NCBI GenBank assembly: GCA_963711835.1
Contig: CAVQFQ010000011.1
Location: 12,667-76,666 of the forward strand
Reading direction: 5' to 3'
DNA length: 64,000 bases
From: an uncultured delta proteobacterium
GTDB taxonomy: Bacteria; Desulfobacterota; RBG-13-43-22
Position 1 is the stretch's first letter. Each line of letters begins with the position of its first letter. The position numbers were made by a program, and so were the translations under genes. Below the pieces are notes generated by a model. The model did not search any database, had not been told where the DNA came from, and saw only the letters and a program-made list of their open reading frames with translations. Of this stretch, positions 9,627 through 21,962 are shown piece after piece.

Positions 9627-10798
9627 ATGTTTTTTCGATATCTGAGATTCTTTATGCTTGGTTGCTTATCCTTCCTGGTAATGGCCTGTTCCGCCTTGAG
9701 GCCGCCTCAACCGCTGACCCTGGAAGGATACTCACAGTCGTTGCGGCCCGGTGATATCATCGAGACCGCCACCGGGGCTGTTATTCCCTTTGAAAGGTTG
9801 ATCGAAAAGTTGTCTTCGGTCCGGATGGTCTATGTCGGGGAGACCCACACCAGCCTGCCTGATCATCGCATCCAGCTTGAAGTCTTGAAGGCTTTATCCG
9901 CTCGAAATCCTTCCTTGGTTCTGGCCCTGGAAATGCTGCCCCGAGAGGTGCAACCGGTGCTGGACGATTACTCCCAAGGAAAGATCTCTGAAGAAATTTT
10001 TTTAAAAAAAGCTGACTGGGAAAAGAATTGGGGCTATCCTTTTCAGCCTTATCGGGACCTGTTCAACCAGGCCAAAGAAAACCGGCTCAGGATTATCGGC
10101 CTGAACGCCTCCATCGACGCGGTCAACCGGATTGCCCAGGGCGGCCTCGCCTCTTTGACTCCCGAAGAAAGAACACGAGTGGCCCGGATTTTCCACCCGG
10201 CCAACCCTGAACATAAGGCCTATGTCGAGGGTCAGTTCAACCAGCACCCCCCGGGAAAAATTAAAAACTTCGAGACCTTCTATGAGGCCCAATTGGCCTG
10301 GGAGGAAACCATGGCCGAGACCCTGGCCCAAACTCTAAAAGAAGGGCTCGAAGGATGCCAAATTTTGGTGCTGATCGGCAAAGGCCATATCCTGTCCAAC
10401 CTGGGGGTTCCCAGGCTGGCTCGATCTGAGAATCGATCATTCCCATAAGACCATCCTGCCTGTTCCGAATGACTTCCCTGTCCGGAATCTTGATCCGAAG
10501 ATGGCCGACTATCTCTGGATTACCGAAAGCATCGGAGACCCCGCACCGCCCCAGGCTGGGTGTCTCCCTTCGCCCCCATGCCTCGGGGGAGGGACTGGAG
10601 ATCATTTCTATAGTTCCCGGGAGCGCTGCCGAAAAAGCCGGCCTGAAGGCGGGGGATATATTGCTGAAAATTGATGCAGTGGCCCTTTCAACCCTTGAAG
10701 ATCTTCCCAGGGTTTTTTCACAAAGAAAAGGCAGCTACGTCTTGCTCATCAAAAGACAGGGACAGGTCTTTTCAGAAAAGATCTCCCTCACCCCTTAA
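9627..10798 (+). CDS. ChaN/PhuW-like lipoprotein with C-terminal PDZ domain (frameshifted near 10430-10500)
   Basis: Lipobox VMAC; VYVGETH, LALEM, AQLAWEETMA, GKGH; PDZ motif PGSAAEKAGLKAGD. Confidence 0.8.
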
Positions 10799-10934
10799 CT
10801 GCCCATACCGGAAACCCGAACCATCTTCAAAGCACCTCAACGCCGGAGTCAGCTATGAGAAAGGGCAATTAAAGAATCAGGATTCCTGTTAACGGAATTA
10901 ACGGAGCTACGTCCCCTTGCCCCCGCATTTCCCT

Positions 10935-12717
10935 TTAAGAAACCGGCACCGGCTCAAAGGGCCGCTTCATCTTGGGCTGTTCAAAGAGCTTCAGGAATTT
11001 TCCGAAGGCGATGGCATTGCCTTTCTCGTATTGGAAGCCGGCCAGGGTCTTCAGCGGGTTGCGGATTTTTGCCAGCATCTCCTTCCAGGCCCTCGAATCC
11101 GCCCTGACCCTGAGATCCAGGTTCAGCCCGTCCAGCTCCTGGAGCGACCGCGGCCTGATTTCAGCCACACCATAGCGCACCTGAATGGTGAAGGCCTCCT
11201 TGGTATCGGGGAAGATCATACCCACCACTTGATTCACTTCGGCGCCGGCCTTTGGGTCCAAGTTCACCTTCATCGAGTCGAAAAAGACCTGCAAGGGGAT
11301 ACCCTGCACGGCCTCCGGAGAGGGCTTGGCTTTGGATAAGGAGACGAAACCGTCCCGGATTTCCAGGGCCTCGGTAAGATAATAGTGCCGGGCATTGGGG
11401 TTCTGTTCTTTTTCCCCCAGCGCGACCAAGGCCTTGATTCGGATATTTTTTGCCTCGGTATTTTCGGGATTTAATTGAATCAGGTGGCCGCTGAGCTCCA
11501 GGGCTGCCTGAAAGTTTTTCTCTTCCAGGAGTTCCTTAGCCTGCCGGATCAGTTCCTTTTCTCCTCCGGCCACCCTGGCCATCAGGCGGGCCTGCTCCTG
11601 GCGGTTCAGGGGCTGGAGCCTGGCCGCATCGCCGTCGAACCAACCGAGAGTACCCGTAAACATGGATCGCGCCGACCAGGAGACCTTGCCGTAGAAAGGT
11701 TGCAGATAGGGCGCCTCGGCCAGGTGCGGGGGAAGTTTGATCCGCTCGGCCAACTCATCCGGCGTCCATCCGGCGTTGATACCCCGGATGGACTGGTCAT
11801 GGACGTACTGAATGGCGTCCCGGTAATTGGTGAGGATTTCCTGGATCTTGTCGGCGCCGACGATCGGCCGCGTATGGCAGGGTACCAGGTATTCCGGCTT
11901 CAAGTCCCGCATCTTATCCAGGCTTTGGTACCACTGCTTCAAGTTGCGGAAGCTGGTCCCGCGAATGGTGTAAAGATTGGGAAAGGCCCAGTAGAAGTCG
12001 TCCGCCGGTATCAGGGCCTTTTGTTTGGGCAGCCAGACCACAATCTGATCCTCGGTTTCGCCGGGAGCAAAGATCAGCTTGAAAGTGATGCCGGCGGCTT
12101 CCGCTTCCAGGGTTTCGGAAAAGGTCTTGGTGGGCCGCACAAAACCGAGTTTGCTGTCCGGCTTCATGCCCACCTGGGGCCCGATGCCCACATTGAGCAC
12201 CTGGCCGGGCGCCAGAAAATTGCCGTACATCCGCAAGGACCGGGAACCGATGATCGGCCCGATCTCGGTGAACAACCGGCTGACATAATATTCGGTGGTT
12301 TGGTGGGCATAGATCTCGGGCCGGCCGCCGGCTGTGAAGACCTGGGCGCCGAAGACATGATCGGGATGGGAATGGGTATAGATAATGGCCTTGATCGGTT
12401 TGGCTGTTATCCTCCGGAATTCAGCCAGGACCTCGGCGGCTTCTTCCATAGTGGTCATAGTGTCGACGATAATTACACCATCATCGCCCTCGATCATGAT
12501 GGAATTGGCAATGCCGTAACCGATGGCCGCGTAGATATTGTCCCCGACCTTTTCTACGCCTTTTTTAAATAGCTTGCTGTGCTCCGCCAGGGCCTTGTTG
12601 GCGCCGACCGGCAGCGGGCGGAGACGATTTCTTCAGGGCTCGGCCGGAATAAAACCAGAGCCCGCCAAGTCCCGCGATCAGGATGACAATGATGCCGATA
12701 ATTATCTTTCTAAGCAT
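10935..12717 (-). CDS. Alkyl/aryl sulfatase (SdsA/BDS1-like MBL fold with dimerisation and SCP2-like domains); N-terminus frameshifted
   Basis: THSHPDH, APGETEDQ, FPNLYTIRGT, GWFDG, NARHYYL; hydrophobic N-terminus from ATG 12717. Confidence 0.85.
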
Positions 12718-12850
12718 GATAGAGTCCCCCTTTATCCTGGACGGTCAGGAGATCCTTCTTAAATCCTTGTTTTTTCTTCCGGGATACGATACAGATACCC
12801 TTGACCCCGTGTAGGAATTAACTTCACCACCCAACCCTTTAACCCAAAGC

Positions 12851-12914
12851 GAGGTGGTTATGGAAGCAAAAAGTTGAGCCCCATTCTTTTTAGGAGAATG
12901 GGGCTTGTTTTTTT
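12851..12914 (+). promoter_or_regulatory. Leader element A: SD, mini-uORF MEAKS* and terminator
   Basis: GAGGTGG-ATG GAA GCA AAA AGT TGA, hairpin AGCCCCATTCT/AGAATGGGGCT, then TGTTTTTTT; divergent context, so it cannot terminate an upstream gene. Confidence 0.6.
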
Positions 12915-12956
12915 ATGGCTGGAACCAAAAGAAACGAAAATAAAAAGGAGGGGATC

Positions 12957-13892
12957 ATGAAAAAAAGAAACATCGTCTTGCTGGTTCTGGTTTTACTGGT
13001 CCTGTTTTTTATTCTATTTCCCAAAGTATACCATAAGGACACCATGGCCTACGACGACGCGGTGGCCAAGTGGGCCAAGGGCAAATTTGTTTTGGTGGAC
13101 AACAAAAAGGTCCACTATCTGGAGCAGGGGGAAGGCAAACCGATCATCCTGATCCACGGCTTCCTCTACAACACCGTCATGTGGAAAAAGAATATCGAAG
13201 ACCTGGCCAAAAAGTTCAAGGTCTATGCCATTGACCTCTGGGGCTGGGGTTACAGCGAGCGCCTGAAAGAACTGAATTACTCCTATGAATTGTATGGAAA
13301 ACAGATTGTCGGCTTCATGGACGCCTTAAAAATCCCCAAGGCCTCCCTGGTGGGCCAGTCCATGGGCGGCGGCATTTCGGTTTATGTAGCCGCCCATTTT
13401 CCGGACCGGGTTGACAAACTGATCCTGGTGGACCCGACGGTCCTCCCCTATCCCATGACCACCACCGGCCGGGTTTATCAACTCCCTTATGTAGGTGAGT
13501 TTCTTAACGCCATCCCGGGTAACGCCTTGTTCAAAAAGAACATTCAAACCGTCTGGTTTTATGATCCTAAAAAAGTGACCGATGATTATGTGGAAGAGGT
13601 TGCCCGGCCGATGACTATCAAAGGCTCCCTTGAAGGCATGATGTTTATTTTACGCAACGTCCTTAAGGAGCCTTATGTTGAAGCCGAGGCCCATAAGCTG
13701 GCCCAGCTTAATAAACCTATCCTGATCATCCATGGCCGGGAGGACAAGGCCATCCCCCTGGACCGATCGCAGAAAGTGAATGCCCTCTGGAAAGGATCGC
13801 AACTGGTGATCTTCGAAAAGGCCGGCCATACCCCCCAGGAGGAGTATCCGGAAAAATTTAACCCCCTGGCCGTAGATTTTTTATCAAAATAA
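12957..13892 (+). CDS. Membrane-anchored or secreted alpha/beta hydrolase
   Basis: N-terminal hydrophobic helix, HGF, GQSMGG nucleophile elbow, GH; SD AAGGAGG. Confidence 0.88.
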   Translation: MKKRNIVLLVLVLLVLFFILFPKVYHKDTMAYDDAVAKWAKGKFVLVDNKKVHYLEQGEGKPIILIHGFLYNTVMWKKNIEDLAKKFKVYAIDLWGWGYSERLKELNYSYELYGKQIVGFMDALKIPKASLVGQSMGGGISVYVAAHFPDRVDKLILVDPTVLPYPMTTTGRVYQLPYVGEFLNAIPGNALFKKNIQTVWFYDPKKVTDDYVEEVARPMTIKGSLEGMMFILRNVLKEPYVEAEAHKLAQLNKPILIIHGREDKAIPLDRSQKVNALWKGSQLVIFEKAGHTPQEEYPEKFNPLAVDFLSK

Positions 13893-13927
13893 ATCATTAA
13901 GCCTAAATTTATAAAGGAGGCTTGCTT

Positions 13928-14965
13928 GTGAACACGCTAAAAATTGACCCTGAATTATGTCGTCAGTGTCAGACCATCGACTGCCTGACGAAGTGCCAGC
14001 ACATCCGTCTGGACCTGGAATCAGCCAGAAAAGAGCGGCTGAAAATCCTGGCGGGCCAGGACTCGCCGGTCCTGAAGGACTGCCTCACCTGTTATGCCTG
14101 CGAGGAATACTGTCCTTACGGCAATCATCCCTTTTACCAGATTGTCGAGCAGCAGGAGCAAAGGGGGATCTGGCCGGTGCCTGTCCCCCTAACCAAGCAG
14201 CAGGTGGTCATGATGGCCCCCAAGGGAAGGGCCGCACCGGAAAAGCTTCCCGGACCGATCCTGGACCTCTGTTATTTCCCCATGCTCACGAAGACTATCC
14301 GGGGAAAGCTCTACGAGGGCGTTTCGACCGTGGTAGGCAGCGACATCTTCTGCAACATTATGTGGCTCCATTTCGCCAAGAATTCCGTCATCCGCGAACG
14401 CCTGCCCAAAGTCATCGACACCCTCTGGAACTGCTATCTCAAAGAAAACGGTCGGGAGGAAGTGATCTGCTATCACGATGAATGTTACGGTACTTATACC
14501 CACCTGGCCCCGGCCTTCGGCATCACCGTCCCTTTCAAGCCGATCCACCTTTTCGAATACCTGATCCAGAGGCTGGAGGCACTCAAGGATCAGATCCGTC
14601 CCATCGGCATGAAGGCCGCCTATCAGCGCCCCTGCTCCAACCGCCTGATCCCCGAAACCCAGCCCCTGGTGGATGAGATCTTCAAACGGGTCGGTGTGGA
14701 GCGGGCCCAGCGGCAATACGACGGGGAAAACGCCCTCTGCTGCGGTGGCGTTCTCAGGGCCATGCAGCGGGACGATCAGGTGGAGGATATTCAAAAAAGA
14801 AACCTGGATGATATGCAGGCCTCCGGCGCCAGCCTCTGTGTCTTCAATTGCCCCTTTTGCTTCTTCACCCTGGGGGAGGCGGCGGCCAACCGGGGCATGA
14901 TGCCCCTCCTGATGAGCGAATTGTGCCAATATGCCTTGGGCGAAAAAATGATGATGGGAGGATAA
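13928..14965 (+). CDS. Fe-S binding protein with CCG domain
   Basis: CLTCYACEEYCP, CCGG, CPFC. Confidence 0.8.
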   Translation: MNTLKIDPELCRQCQTIDCLTKCQHIRLDLESARKERLKILAGQDSPVLKDCLTCYACEEYCPYGNHPFYQIVEQQEQRGIWPVPVPLTKQQVVMMAPKGRAAPEKLPGPILDLCYFPMLTKTIRGKLYEGVSTVVGSDIFCNIMWLHFAKNSVIRERLPKVIDTLWNCYLKENGREEVICYHDECYGTYTHLAPAFGITVPFKPIHLFEYLIQRLEALKDQIRPIGMKAAYQRPCSNRLIPETQPLVDEIFKRVGVERAQRQYDGENALCCGGVLRAMQRDDQVEDIQKRNLDDMQASGASLCVFNCPFCFFTLGEAAANRGMMPLLMSELCQYALGEKMMMGG

Positions 14966-14969
14966 GGGC

Positions 14970-16349
14970 ATGGAAAAAATCTATGATGAACTGGTCAAAA
15001 TAGTCGGCCCCCAGTATGTTTCCAACCATCCTGAAGAGCGCTTTATCTACTCCCGCGACCCCGGAACCATGGAGGCCCGCCAACCGGACTGGGTGGTCAT
15101 GCCCAATGCCACCGAAGAGGTCCGGCAGATCGTCCTCCTGGCCAACCGGGAAGGGGTCCCCATCGTGCCTATGGGCGGCGGGCTGGTCCTGTCCGGCCTG
15201 ACCCGGGCACTGAAAGGCGGTATCCTAGTGGACATGAAGCGCCTGAACCGCATCCTGGAAGTCAATGAGGCCAGCCGCTATGCCCTGGTCGAGGCCGGCG
15301 CCTCGCAGGGCATGCTTCAGGCCTATCTCAAGAAGCACCACCCTAAACTTAAGCATTCCATTCCCGATGCCCCGCCCATTGCCACCCTGGCCGGCAACAT
15401 CCTCATCCACGGCTCCGGCCACCTCTCCCATGCCGCCGGTTTTCATTCCGACATGCTCAACGGGCTGGAGGCCGTGCTGCCCACCGGCGAGATCGTCCGC
15501 ATCGGCTCCTGCTCCGCGTCACCCTACTGGTTTGGCCGGGCGCCTCTGCCGGACCTGGCCGGCCTTTTCTTAGGGTGGTTCGGAACCACCGGTATCGTGA
15601 CCAAGCTGGCTGTCAAGCTCTTCCCCAACCGCTCCCTCAACGACGTCGAAATGTTTGTGGTTGAGGACCCAGAACTGGTGCCGGACATCCTGCAGCGCCT
15701 TTCAGGCCTCCAGGTGGCCGAGGACCTGACGGCCTGGATGGCCCCGAAGCCGGACTGGGCCCGCGGGTTTCAGCACGTCAACATCAACTACGGAGCCGAC
15801 AGCCGGGAGGAATTGGCCTGGAAGCAAAAGTTGATCCGCGCCTCCCTGCAAAAATATCGGGATGAAAAGACCGGTGGCTTCATGCCCATCCCGCCGCCGA
15901 TGAAGAAGGGTTTGCTGGAGGCGCCCCAAACCGCCTTGACCCGCTTTGCCGATGTGAAAAAGGGCGGCGGATTCGAATATGTGGGCGGTATCATGCCCAT
16001 CGAATGTTTTCCCCAGGCCTACCGCAAGGGCATCGAGGTTGCCGAAAACCACGGGACCACCTATTCCACCGGCGCCCGCATCATCGGACCGGGGCACTGC
16101 ATGATGTTTTACTTCTCCTATCCCTTCAACCGGGCCGATGCCTCGGATGTCAAGAACGCCCAGGAGGCCCTGGAAGAAACCAACCGGGTCGTTCTGGAGA
16201 TGGGCGGCATCCCCTGGAAGGCCGAGGCCCCGGCCCAGAAGCTGATCCTTCAGAAAATGGATCCTAATACGATAGACCTGATGAACCGCCTGCGGGCCGC
16301 CCTGGACCCCAAAGGGATCATGAATCCGGGAAACTGGGAGGTGGACTGA
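14970..16349 (+). CDS. FAD-binding oxidoreductase (GlcD/D-lactate dehydrogenase-like)
   Basis: PMGGG, GTTGIVTK, DPKGIMNPG. Confidence 0.88.
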   Translation: MEKIYDELVKIVGPQYVSNHPEERFIYSRDPGTMEARQPDWVVMPNATEEVRQIVLLANREGVPIVPMGGGLVLSGLTRALKGGILVDMKRLNRILEVNEASRYALVEAGASQGMLQAYLKKHHPKLKHSIPDAPPIATLAGNILIHGSGHLSHAAGFHSDMLNGLEAVLPTGEIVRIGSCSASPYWFGRAPLPDLAGLFLGWFGTTGIVTKLAVKLFPNRSLNDVEMFVVEDPELVPDILQRLSGLQVAEDLTAWMAPKPDWARGFQHVNINYGADSREELAWKQKLIRASLQKYRDEKTGGFMPIPPPMKKGLLEAPQTALTRFADVKKGGGFEYVGGIMPIECFPQAYRKGIEVAENHGTTYSTGARIIGPGHCMMFYFSYPFNRADASDVKNAQEALEETNRVVLEMGGIPWKAEAPAQKLILQKMDPNTIDLMNRLRAALDPKGIMNPGNWEVD

Positions 16350-17502
16350 TGGAATACGCTGAAATCCTGCACCGCTGTTTTCGCTGCGGCTACTGCAAGC
16401 TGCCGGGCAGTTACCTGGACCTCAACTGCCCCTCCTATCTGAATTACCGCTTCGAGACCTTCTCCCCGGGCGGACGCATGTGGCTATTGAAGGGCTGGCT
16501 CGATGGTGAAATCCAGACCAGCCCCCGCCTGGCCGAAATCCTCTATTCCTGCGCTACCTGCGGCAACTGTGTGGAGCATTGTGTCTTCGACAAGTTTAAG
16601 GACAACCTGGTCAAGGCTTTCATTGCCGGACGGGAGGAACTGGTTGACCAGGGCCTGGTCCCACCCATGGTCAGGGACACCTTTAAGTCCATGCAACTTT
16701 ACGGCAATCCCTATAAGCTGCCCGAGGCCGACCGGGGGAACTGGGCCAATGGCCTGGGCCTGGAGCTTTATGCCGGGCAGGAATATCTTTTTCTGGCAGG
16801 TTGTGTGGGCGCCTATGATGAACGAGGCCAGAAGATGGCCCGGGCCGCAGCCGGCCTGCTCAAGGCCTGGGGGGTTGACTTCGGGATCCTGGGTCCGGAC
16901 GAGCATTGCGACGGCAGCGAGATCAGGGAACTGGGAGAAAAAGGGCTTTTTCAACGCCTGGTCGAGCGGAACATTCAACAATTTCAGGATCTGAAGACAA
17001 GAAAAATTATCACCCTTTCCCCCCACGCCTATAATGCATTCAAAGAGGACTATCCTGCCTTCGGGGGAACATTCGAAGTCTATCACTACAGCCAGATACT
17101 GGCCAAACTGGCCCGCAAGGCCCCCCTTAAACCCCTAAGCACACCCTGGCGGGTTGCCTTCCATGACCCTTGTTATCTGGGAAGATATCAGAAGGAATAT
17201 CAGGCCCCGCGTAAACTCCTGAGCGCCATTCCCGGTTTGCAACTGATCGAACTGGAGCGCTCCCGGGCCGATGCCCTGTGCTGCGGCGGGGGCGGAGGCA
17301 ACTTTTTCACCGAGATCCTGGGCCAGGAACGGACAGCCCGGCTCGGGTCCGGGTCCGGGAGGCTGCGGCCGCCGGGGCCGAGATCCTGGCCGTGGCCTGC
17401 CCCAACTGCGCCAAGATGCTGGACGATGCCGCCAAGACCGAAGGCCTGGAAGAAACCCTACGGGTCATGGACCTGGCCGAAATCGCCGGCCTGGCTTGTT
17501 AG
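16349..17502 (+). CDS. GlcF/HdrD-like Fe-S/CCG oxidoreductase (frameshift near 17330)
   Basis: CFRCGYC, CATCGNC..C, HDPCYLGR, CCGGGGG; C-terminus ACPNCAKML in another frame. Confidence 0.85.
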
Positions 17503-17685
17503 TTCTGCGAGCCAAAAACGTGGAGTGGTCTGTGGGTGGTCCGCCGCGGGAGGGAATGGAGGGCTGGGAGACCTGTAATTCGTTTTGTTCATGATGCCCT
17601 GTCCCAGAATGGAATAATTGACGGCCGACTTAAAATGTGCTACCAAATAAAATTGTAGGAAATAATTATTTTATAGGATGATATT

Positions 17686-17919
17686 ATGAAATCAGTCAAG
17701 GTTTTGCCGAAGGGACAAATTACCCTTCCCAGGGACATCCGGAAAAAACTGGAAATAAAGACCGGGGATACCCTGCTTTTAGAGGAAAAGGACCAGCAGG
17801 TGGTGATCAAAAAAGGAAAGACGATCTTCGATTACATCGGACACCTGCCCGATCTCAAGTTGTCTATCGAGGAAATAAGAGAAAAAGCCCTCAGGGAGGC
17901 TGCTAAAGATCATGCCTAA
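17686..17919 (+). CDS. vapB: AbrB/MazE/SpoVT antitoxin
   Basis: KGQITLPRDIRKKL motif; overlaps the PIN gene. Confidence 0.85.
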   Translation: MKSVKVLPKGQITLPRDIRKKLEIKTGDTLLLEEKDQQVVIKKGKTIFDYIGHLPDLKLSIEEIREKALREAAKDHA

Positions 17920-18322
17920 GGCTTTTGTGGACACCAGCGTCATCCTGCGTATCTTGATAAAAGACGATGAACTGAAGGCCAAGGCCTCAGTCAATCTCCT
18001 CAAAAGCGCCGGAGAGAGAGATCTGATTCTCTACCTCCTTCCGGTGGCCGTCCTGGAAACCGTCTGGGTCCTGGAAAAGGTGTATGCCTTTCCCAGGAAA
18101 GCCGTTCGGGAAGTGGTTGAGGCCATTTTAAACACACCGGAACTGAAGGTAGAACGGGAATCGGTTTTTCGAAAGGCCCTGAAAACCTATGACGAAAAAA
18201 ATACCAAATTTGCCGACGCGGTTATGGGTTATTGGGGGCTGGATAAAGGCTATTCCACCGTTTTCACCTATGACGAAAAAGACTTTAAACGGATTGAGGG
18301 TCTAGATACCCGAAAGCCCTGA
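17912..18322 (+). CDS. vapC: PIN-domain toxin
   Basis: VDTSVIL, E, FADA, TYDEKDF acidic PIN residues. Confidence 0.85.
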   Translation: MPKAFVDTSVILRILIKDDELKAKASVNLLKSAGERDLILYLLPVAVLETVWVLEKVYAFPRKAVREVVEAILNTPELKVERESVFRKALKTYDEKNTKFADAVMGYWGLDKGYSTVFTYDEKDFKRIEGLDTRKP

Positions 18323-18534
18323 GATTCTATCCCCGGTTATACCGAGCCGTTGCTGAATGGAATGAACTGGCGAACAAAGCGGCGGACGGCGGGCCGATGG
18401 TCGCCAGCAGAGGGCGACCTTTGGCTTTAAAAGCCTGTAACATGATATTTGTACTGTAATATTCCAATGGAAAATTACATTATGGGCCAAGGATCAAATG
18501 GGGCAAAGAAATTGGCTCTTTTTAGGATGGCCCC

Positions 18535-21500
18535 ATGAAATGCCCCCAATGCGGATTTGATAATCCGGAAGGAATTAAATTCTGCGGGGAATGCGGCGCC
18601 CGATTGGAAAAACTTTGCCCCCAGTGCCGCGCCGCCAACCCGCCTCAATTCAAATTCTGTGGGGAGTGCGGGCAGGCCTTGTCGGAACCTTCGGAAATGC
18701 CTCCCCCAAAATCCTTCCCGGAAAAGCGACCGGTCCCATCCCTGCTCTCGAAGGAATTGACCGAGAAGATCCTGGCCCAGAAGGGCCGGATCGAAGGGGA
18801 GCGCCGGCAGGTGACGGTCATGTTCTGCGACCTGGAGGGCTCCACGGCCCTGACCGAGAAACTCGGGGATGAAAAGGCCTTTGCCCTCATCGATGAGGTC
18901 TTCGGTATCCTGACGCAGCAGGTCCACAGGTATGAGGGGACGGTCCAGGAGTTCCGGGGGGACGGCATCATGGCCCTGTTCGGCGCCCCGGTCGCTTTGG
19001 AAAACGCCGCCCAGCGGGCCGTCAATGCGGCCCTGGCCATCCAGCAGGAAGTGACCAAATTCAGCCACCGGATCCAGGAAGAGGCCAGAGGGCCGGCCAT
19101 CCGGATGCGGATCGGGATCCACACCGGTCCGGTCGTCCTGGGCACTATCGGCAGCGACCTGCGCCTGGAGTTCCAGGTCATCGGGGATACGGTCAACCTG
19201 GCGGCCCGGGTGGAAAGCCTGGCCGAACCGGGGACCACCTATGTGACGGAAGAAACCTTCAAACTGACCGAAGGGTTTTTCCGGTTTGAGAGCCTGGGGG
19301 AAAAACCGGTCAAGGGCAAGGAAACGCCGGTTAAGGTCTATCGGGTGATCGCCCCCAGCAGCCAGAGGACCCGCTTCGATGTCAGCGCCGAGCAGGGCCT
19401 GACGCCTTTCGTGGGCCGGCAGCGGGAACTGGAGCTCCTGCTCGACGGCTTTGAACGGGCCAAGGCCGGAAAGGGCCAGGCCTTTTCCATTATCTCCGAG
19501 GCCGGGTTGGGTAAATCCCGGTTGCTCTACGAATTCCGGAAGGCAGTAAGCAACGAGGAGATCACCTTTCTGGAAGGACGGTGCATCTCCTATGGCCGGG
19601 GACTGGCCTACCATCCCTTCATCGCTATCCTTCGATCGAACTTCAATATCCAGGAAGGGGAGGATGATATCCGGGTCAGGCGAAAGGTTCAGAAAGGGCC
19701 TGGACCTCATCGGGGCTGGATGAGGAGCGCCACCCTCCCCTATCCTGCTGGAGTTTCTCTCGGTCAAAGACAGCGGCCTGGATCAGCTCTCCGATGAGCC
19801 CGGAAGCCAAAAGGGACGAGATGCATCGAGGCCCTAAAGCGGATCATCCTGAAAGGTTCGGAGATGCGGCCGCTGGTCATCGCCATCGAGGACCTCCACT
19901 GGATGGATAAAAGCTCCGAAGAGGCCCTGAAAACTATTCTGGAAAGCATACCGGGCTCAAGGGTCCTGACCATCTTCACCTACCGGCCGGAATTTATCCC
20001 CTCCTGGGGCGGCAAGTCCTTCCACAGCCAACTGATGCTGCAACGGCTTTCCAACCGGGAGAGCCTGGAGATGGCCTCTTACCTGTTGGGCGCCAGGGAA
20101 ATGGAAAAGTCCCTGGAGGAACTGCTCCTGGAAAAGACCGAAGGGATCCCCTTCTTTCTGGAGGAATTTGTCAAATCCCTGAAGGATTTGAAACTGATCG
20201 AAAATAGAGGAGCTGTTTACGGTCTTTCCAAAAGCATTCTGGAGATGACCGTACCGACAACCATCCAGGAGGTGATCCTGGCCCGGGTGGACCCGCTGCC
20301 TCCCGGGGCAAAGGAAGTGCTTCAGACCGGCTCGGTGATTGAGCGGGAGTTCGACTTCCAACTTAATCAAACAAGTTATGGGATTCCCGGAACCGGAGTT
20401 GCTTTCTTACCTTTCCCTTTTAAAGGACTCAGAGCTTTTATATGAACGGGGGGTTTACCCGCAATCAAACTATATTTTCAAACATGCCCTGACCCGGGAG
20501 GTGGTTTATGACTCCATCCTGACCGACAGGAAGAAGATGCTCCATGAGAAGATCGGCGAGGCACTTGAAACTCTCTATAAGGATCAATTGGGGGAATACT
20601 GCGGGCTCCTGTCCGAACATTTCATTAAAAGCGGAAATTACCAAAAAGGGTCTGAATATTCCAAGTTGGCAGGCCAGAGGGCAGAAAAAACCGGATCGAT
20701 AAATGATGCTATCGGCTTTGCCCTAAAAAGACTGACCTGTCTTGAGAATTTACCCAGGTCGGTGGACATTGAGGAGAAAATAATTGATCTCAGAACAATA
20801 ATTGGGGTCTTCATGATTGAGATGAATTACTTTAAAAGAGCTCAAGAAATCATCGCACCGATACGTGAGTCGGCTCTCAAAGGTAAGGCGAAGAAAATTA
20901 CTCAACTACTTACGATCATTGGGACATTGGAGTTTGCATTAGAAGAAGATTTGACATCAGCCTTCAGCCATTTGGAAGAGGCATTAATGATCTCCCAAAA
21001 AGTTAAAGACCCGAGGATCTTTGGCCATGGTCAGTTATTGGCTTGGATGTACCCAAGCATTTAATTGCGAGTTTGAAAAAGCGCGCATCAATATGGAGAG
21101 GTCGGAAGGAATCCAACGGAAGTCCAAAATACCCTGGCGAGAGGCAACGCTTAAGAGCCTCTTGAGTCATTTTGTCTACTATTATCAGGGGAAGATTGAC
21201 CTGGCCATTAAGACCAGTAGCGAGGCAGTCAGGATCGCCGAAGAGAGCGGAGACATTTATTCAAAGACCTTTGCCTATTCCTGTCATGGGATTTCTTGTT
21301 TTGGTATAGGCTCGTTTCAAGAGGCAATTGATTTCCTTCTTCAGGGTAGAGACTTCAGCGAGAAACTCGATCAATATTGGTGGCACCCCTGGTCCAATCA
21401 TTTTCTTGGGGAGGTCTTTTATGAAATACAGCGATACCCCGAGGCAATTGAAAGTTATAGTAAGGCCGCTTCTCTTTTTGAACTCTATGGCAATTGGCCT

Positions 21501-21903
21501 TCAAGTGCCATTGTCAGCAAGATTGGGTTAGACCGGGCAAAAACAAAACACAAGGGGGAACAAATCAATTTAGAAAGCCTCTACAGCACGGTATCCAAAG
21601 CGAAGCAGAAAGCTTATGAAGGATGGATTCAGCGCTATGTCTCTGAGATCCTATTGAATATGCCTGGAGACCGCATAACAGATGCGGAGCACTGGATTCA
21701 GAAGGCTATTGAGGCCGATCAAAGAAACGGAATGAACTGGCATTTAGCTAGATGATTATCTCTCCTATGCCGACCTCCTGACAAAAAAAGGCGACCGGCT
21801 GACGGCCAAAGAAAATTTGGGTAAGGCCATAGAAACCTTTAAGGAGTGCGGCGCCGACGGCTGGGTGGAAAAGGCGGAAAGGAAACTGGCTAAAATCCAA
21901 TAA
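18535..21903 (+). CDS. Double zinc ribbon - class III nucleotide cyclase - AAA ATPase - TPR protein (several frameshifts)
   Basis: CPQC/CGECG, VTVMFCDL, GDGIMALFG, GDTVNLAAR, EAGLGKSRL, EDLHW, FKHALT, C-terminus ECGADGW ending at TAA 21903. Confidence 0.85.
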
Positions 21904-21911
21904 TCATTTCT

Positions 21912-21942
21912 GCCAAATTTAAACTTGAAGTTTAAATTTGGC
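21912..21942. promoter_or_regulatory. Perfect 15-bp-arm palindrome (operator-like) upstream of the AAA-DUF4143 gene
   Basis: GCCAAATTTAAACTT-G-AAGTTTAAATTTGGC followed by TATGAT and ATG 21963. Confidence 0.6.
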
Positions 21943-21962
21943 TATGATAATAACTTCAATAT

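Noticed and set aside
21740-21760. TGA at 21753 as a selenocysteine codon
   Set aside because: The protein continues in a different frame (DYLSYADLL..ECGADGW), so this is an indel rather than readthrough.
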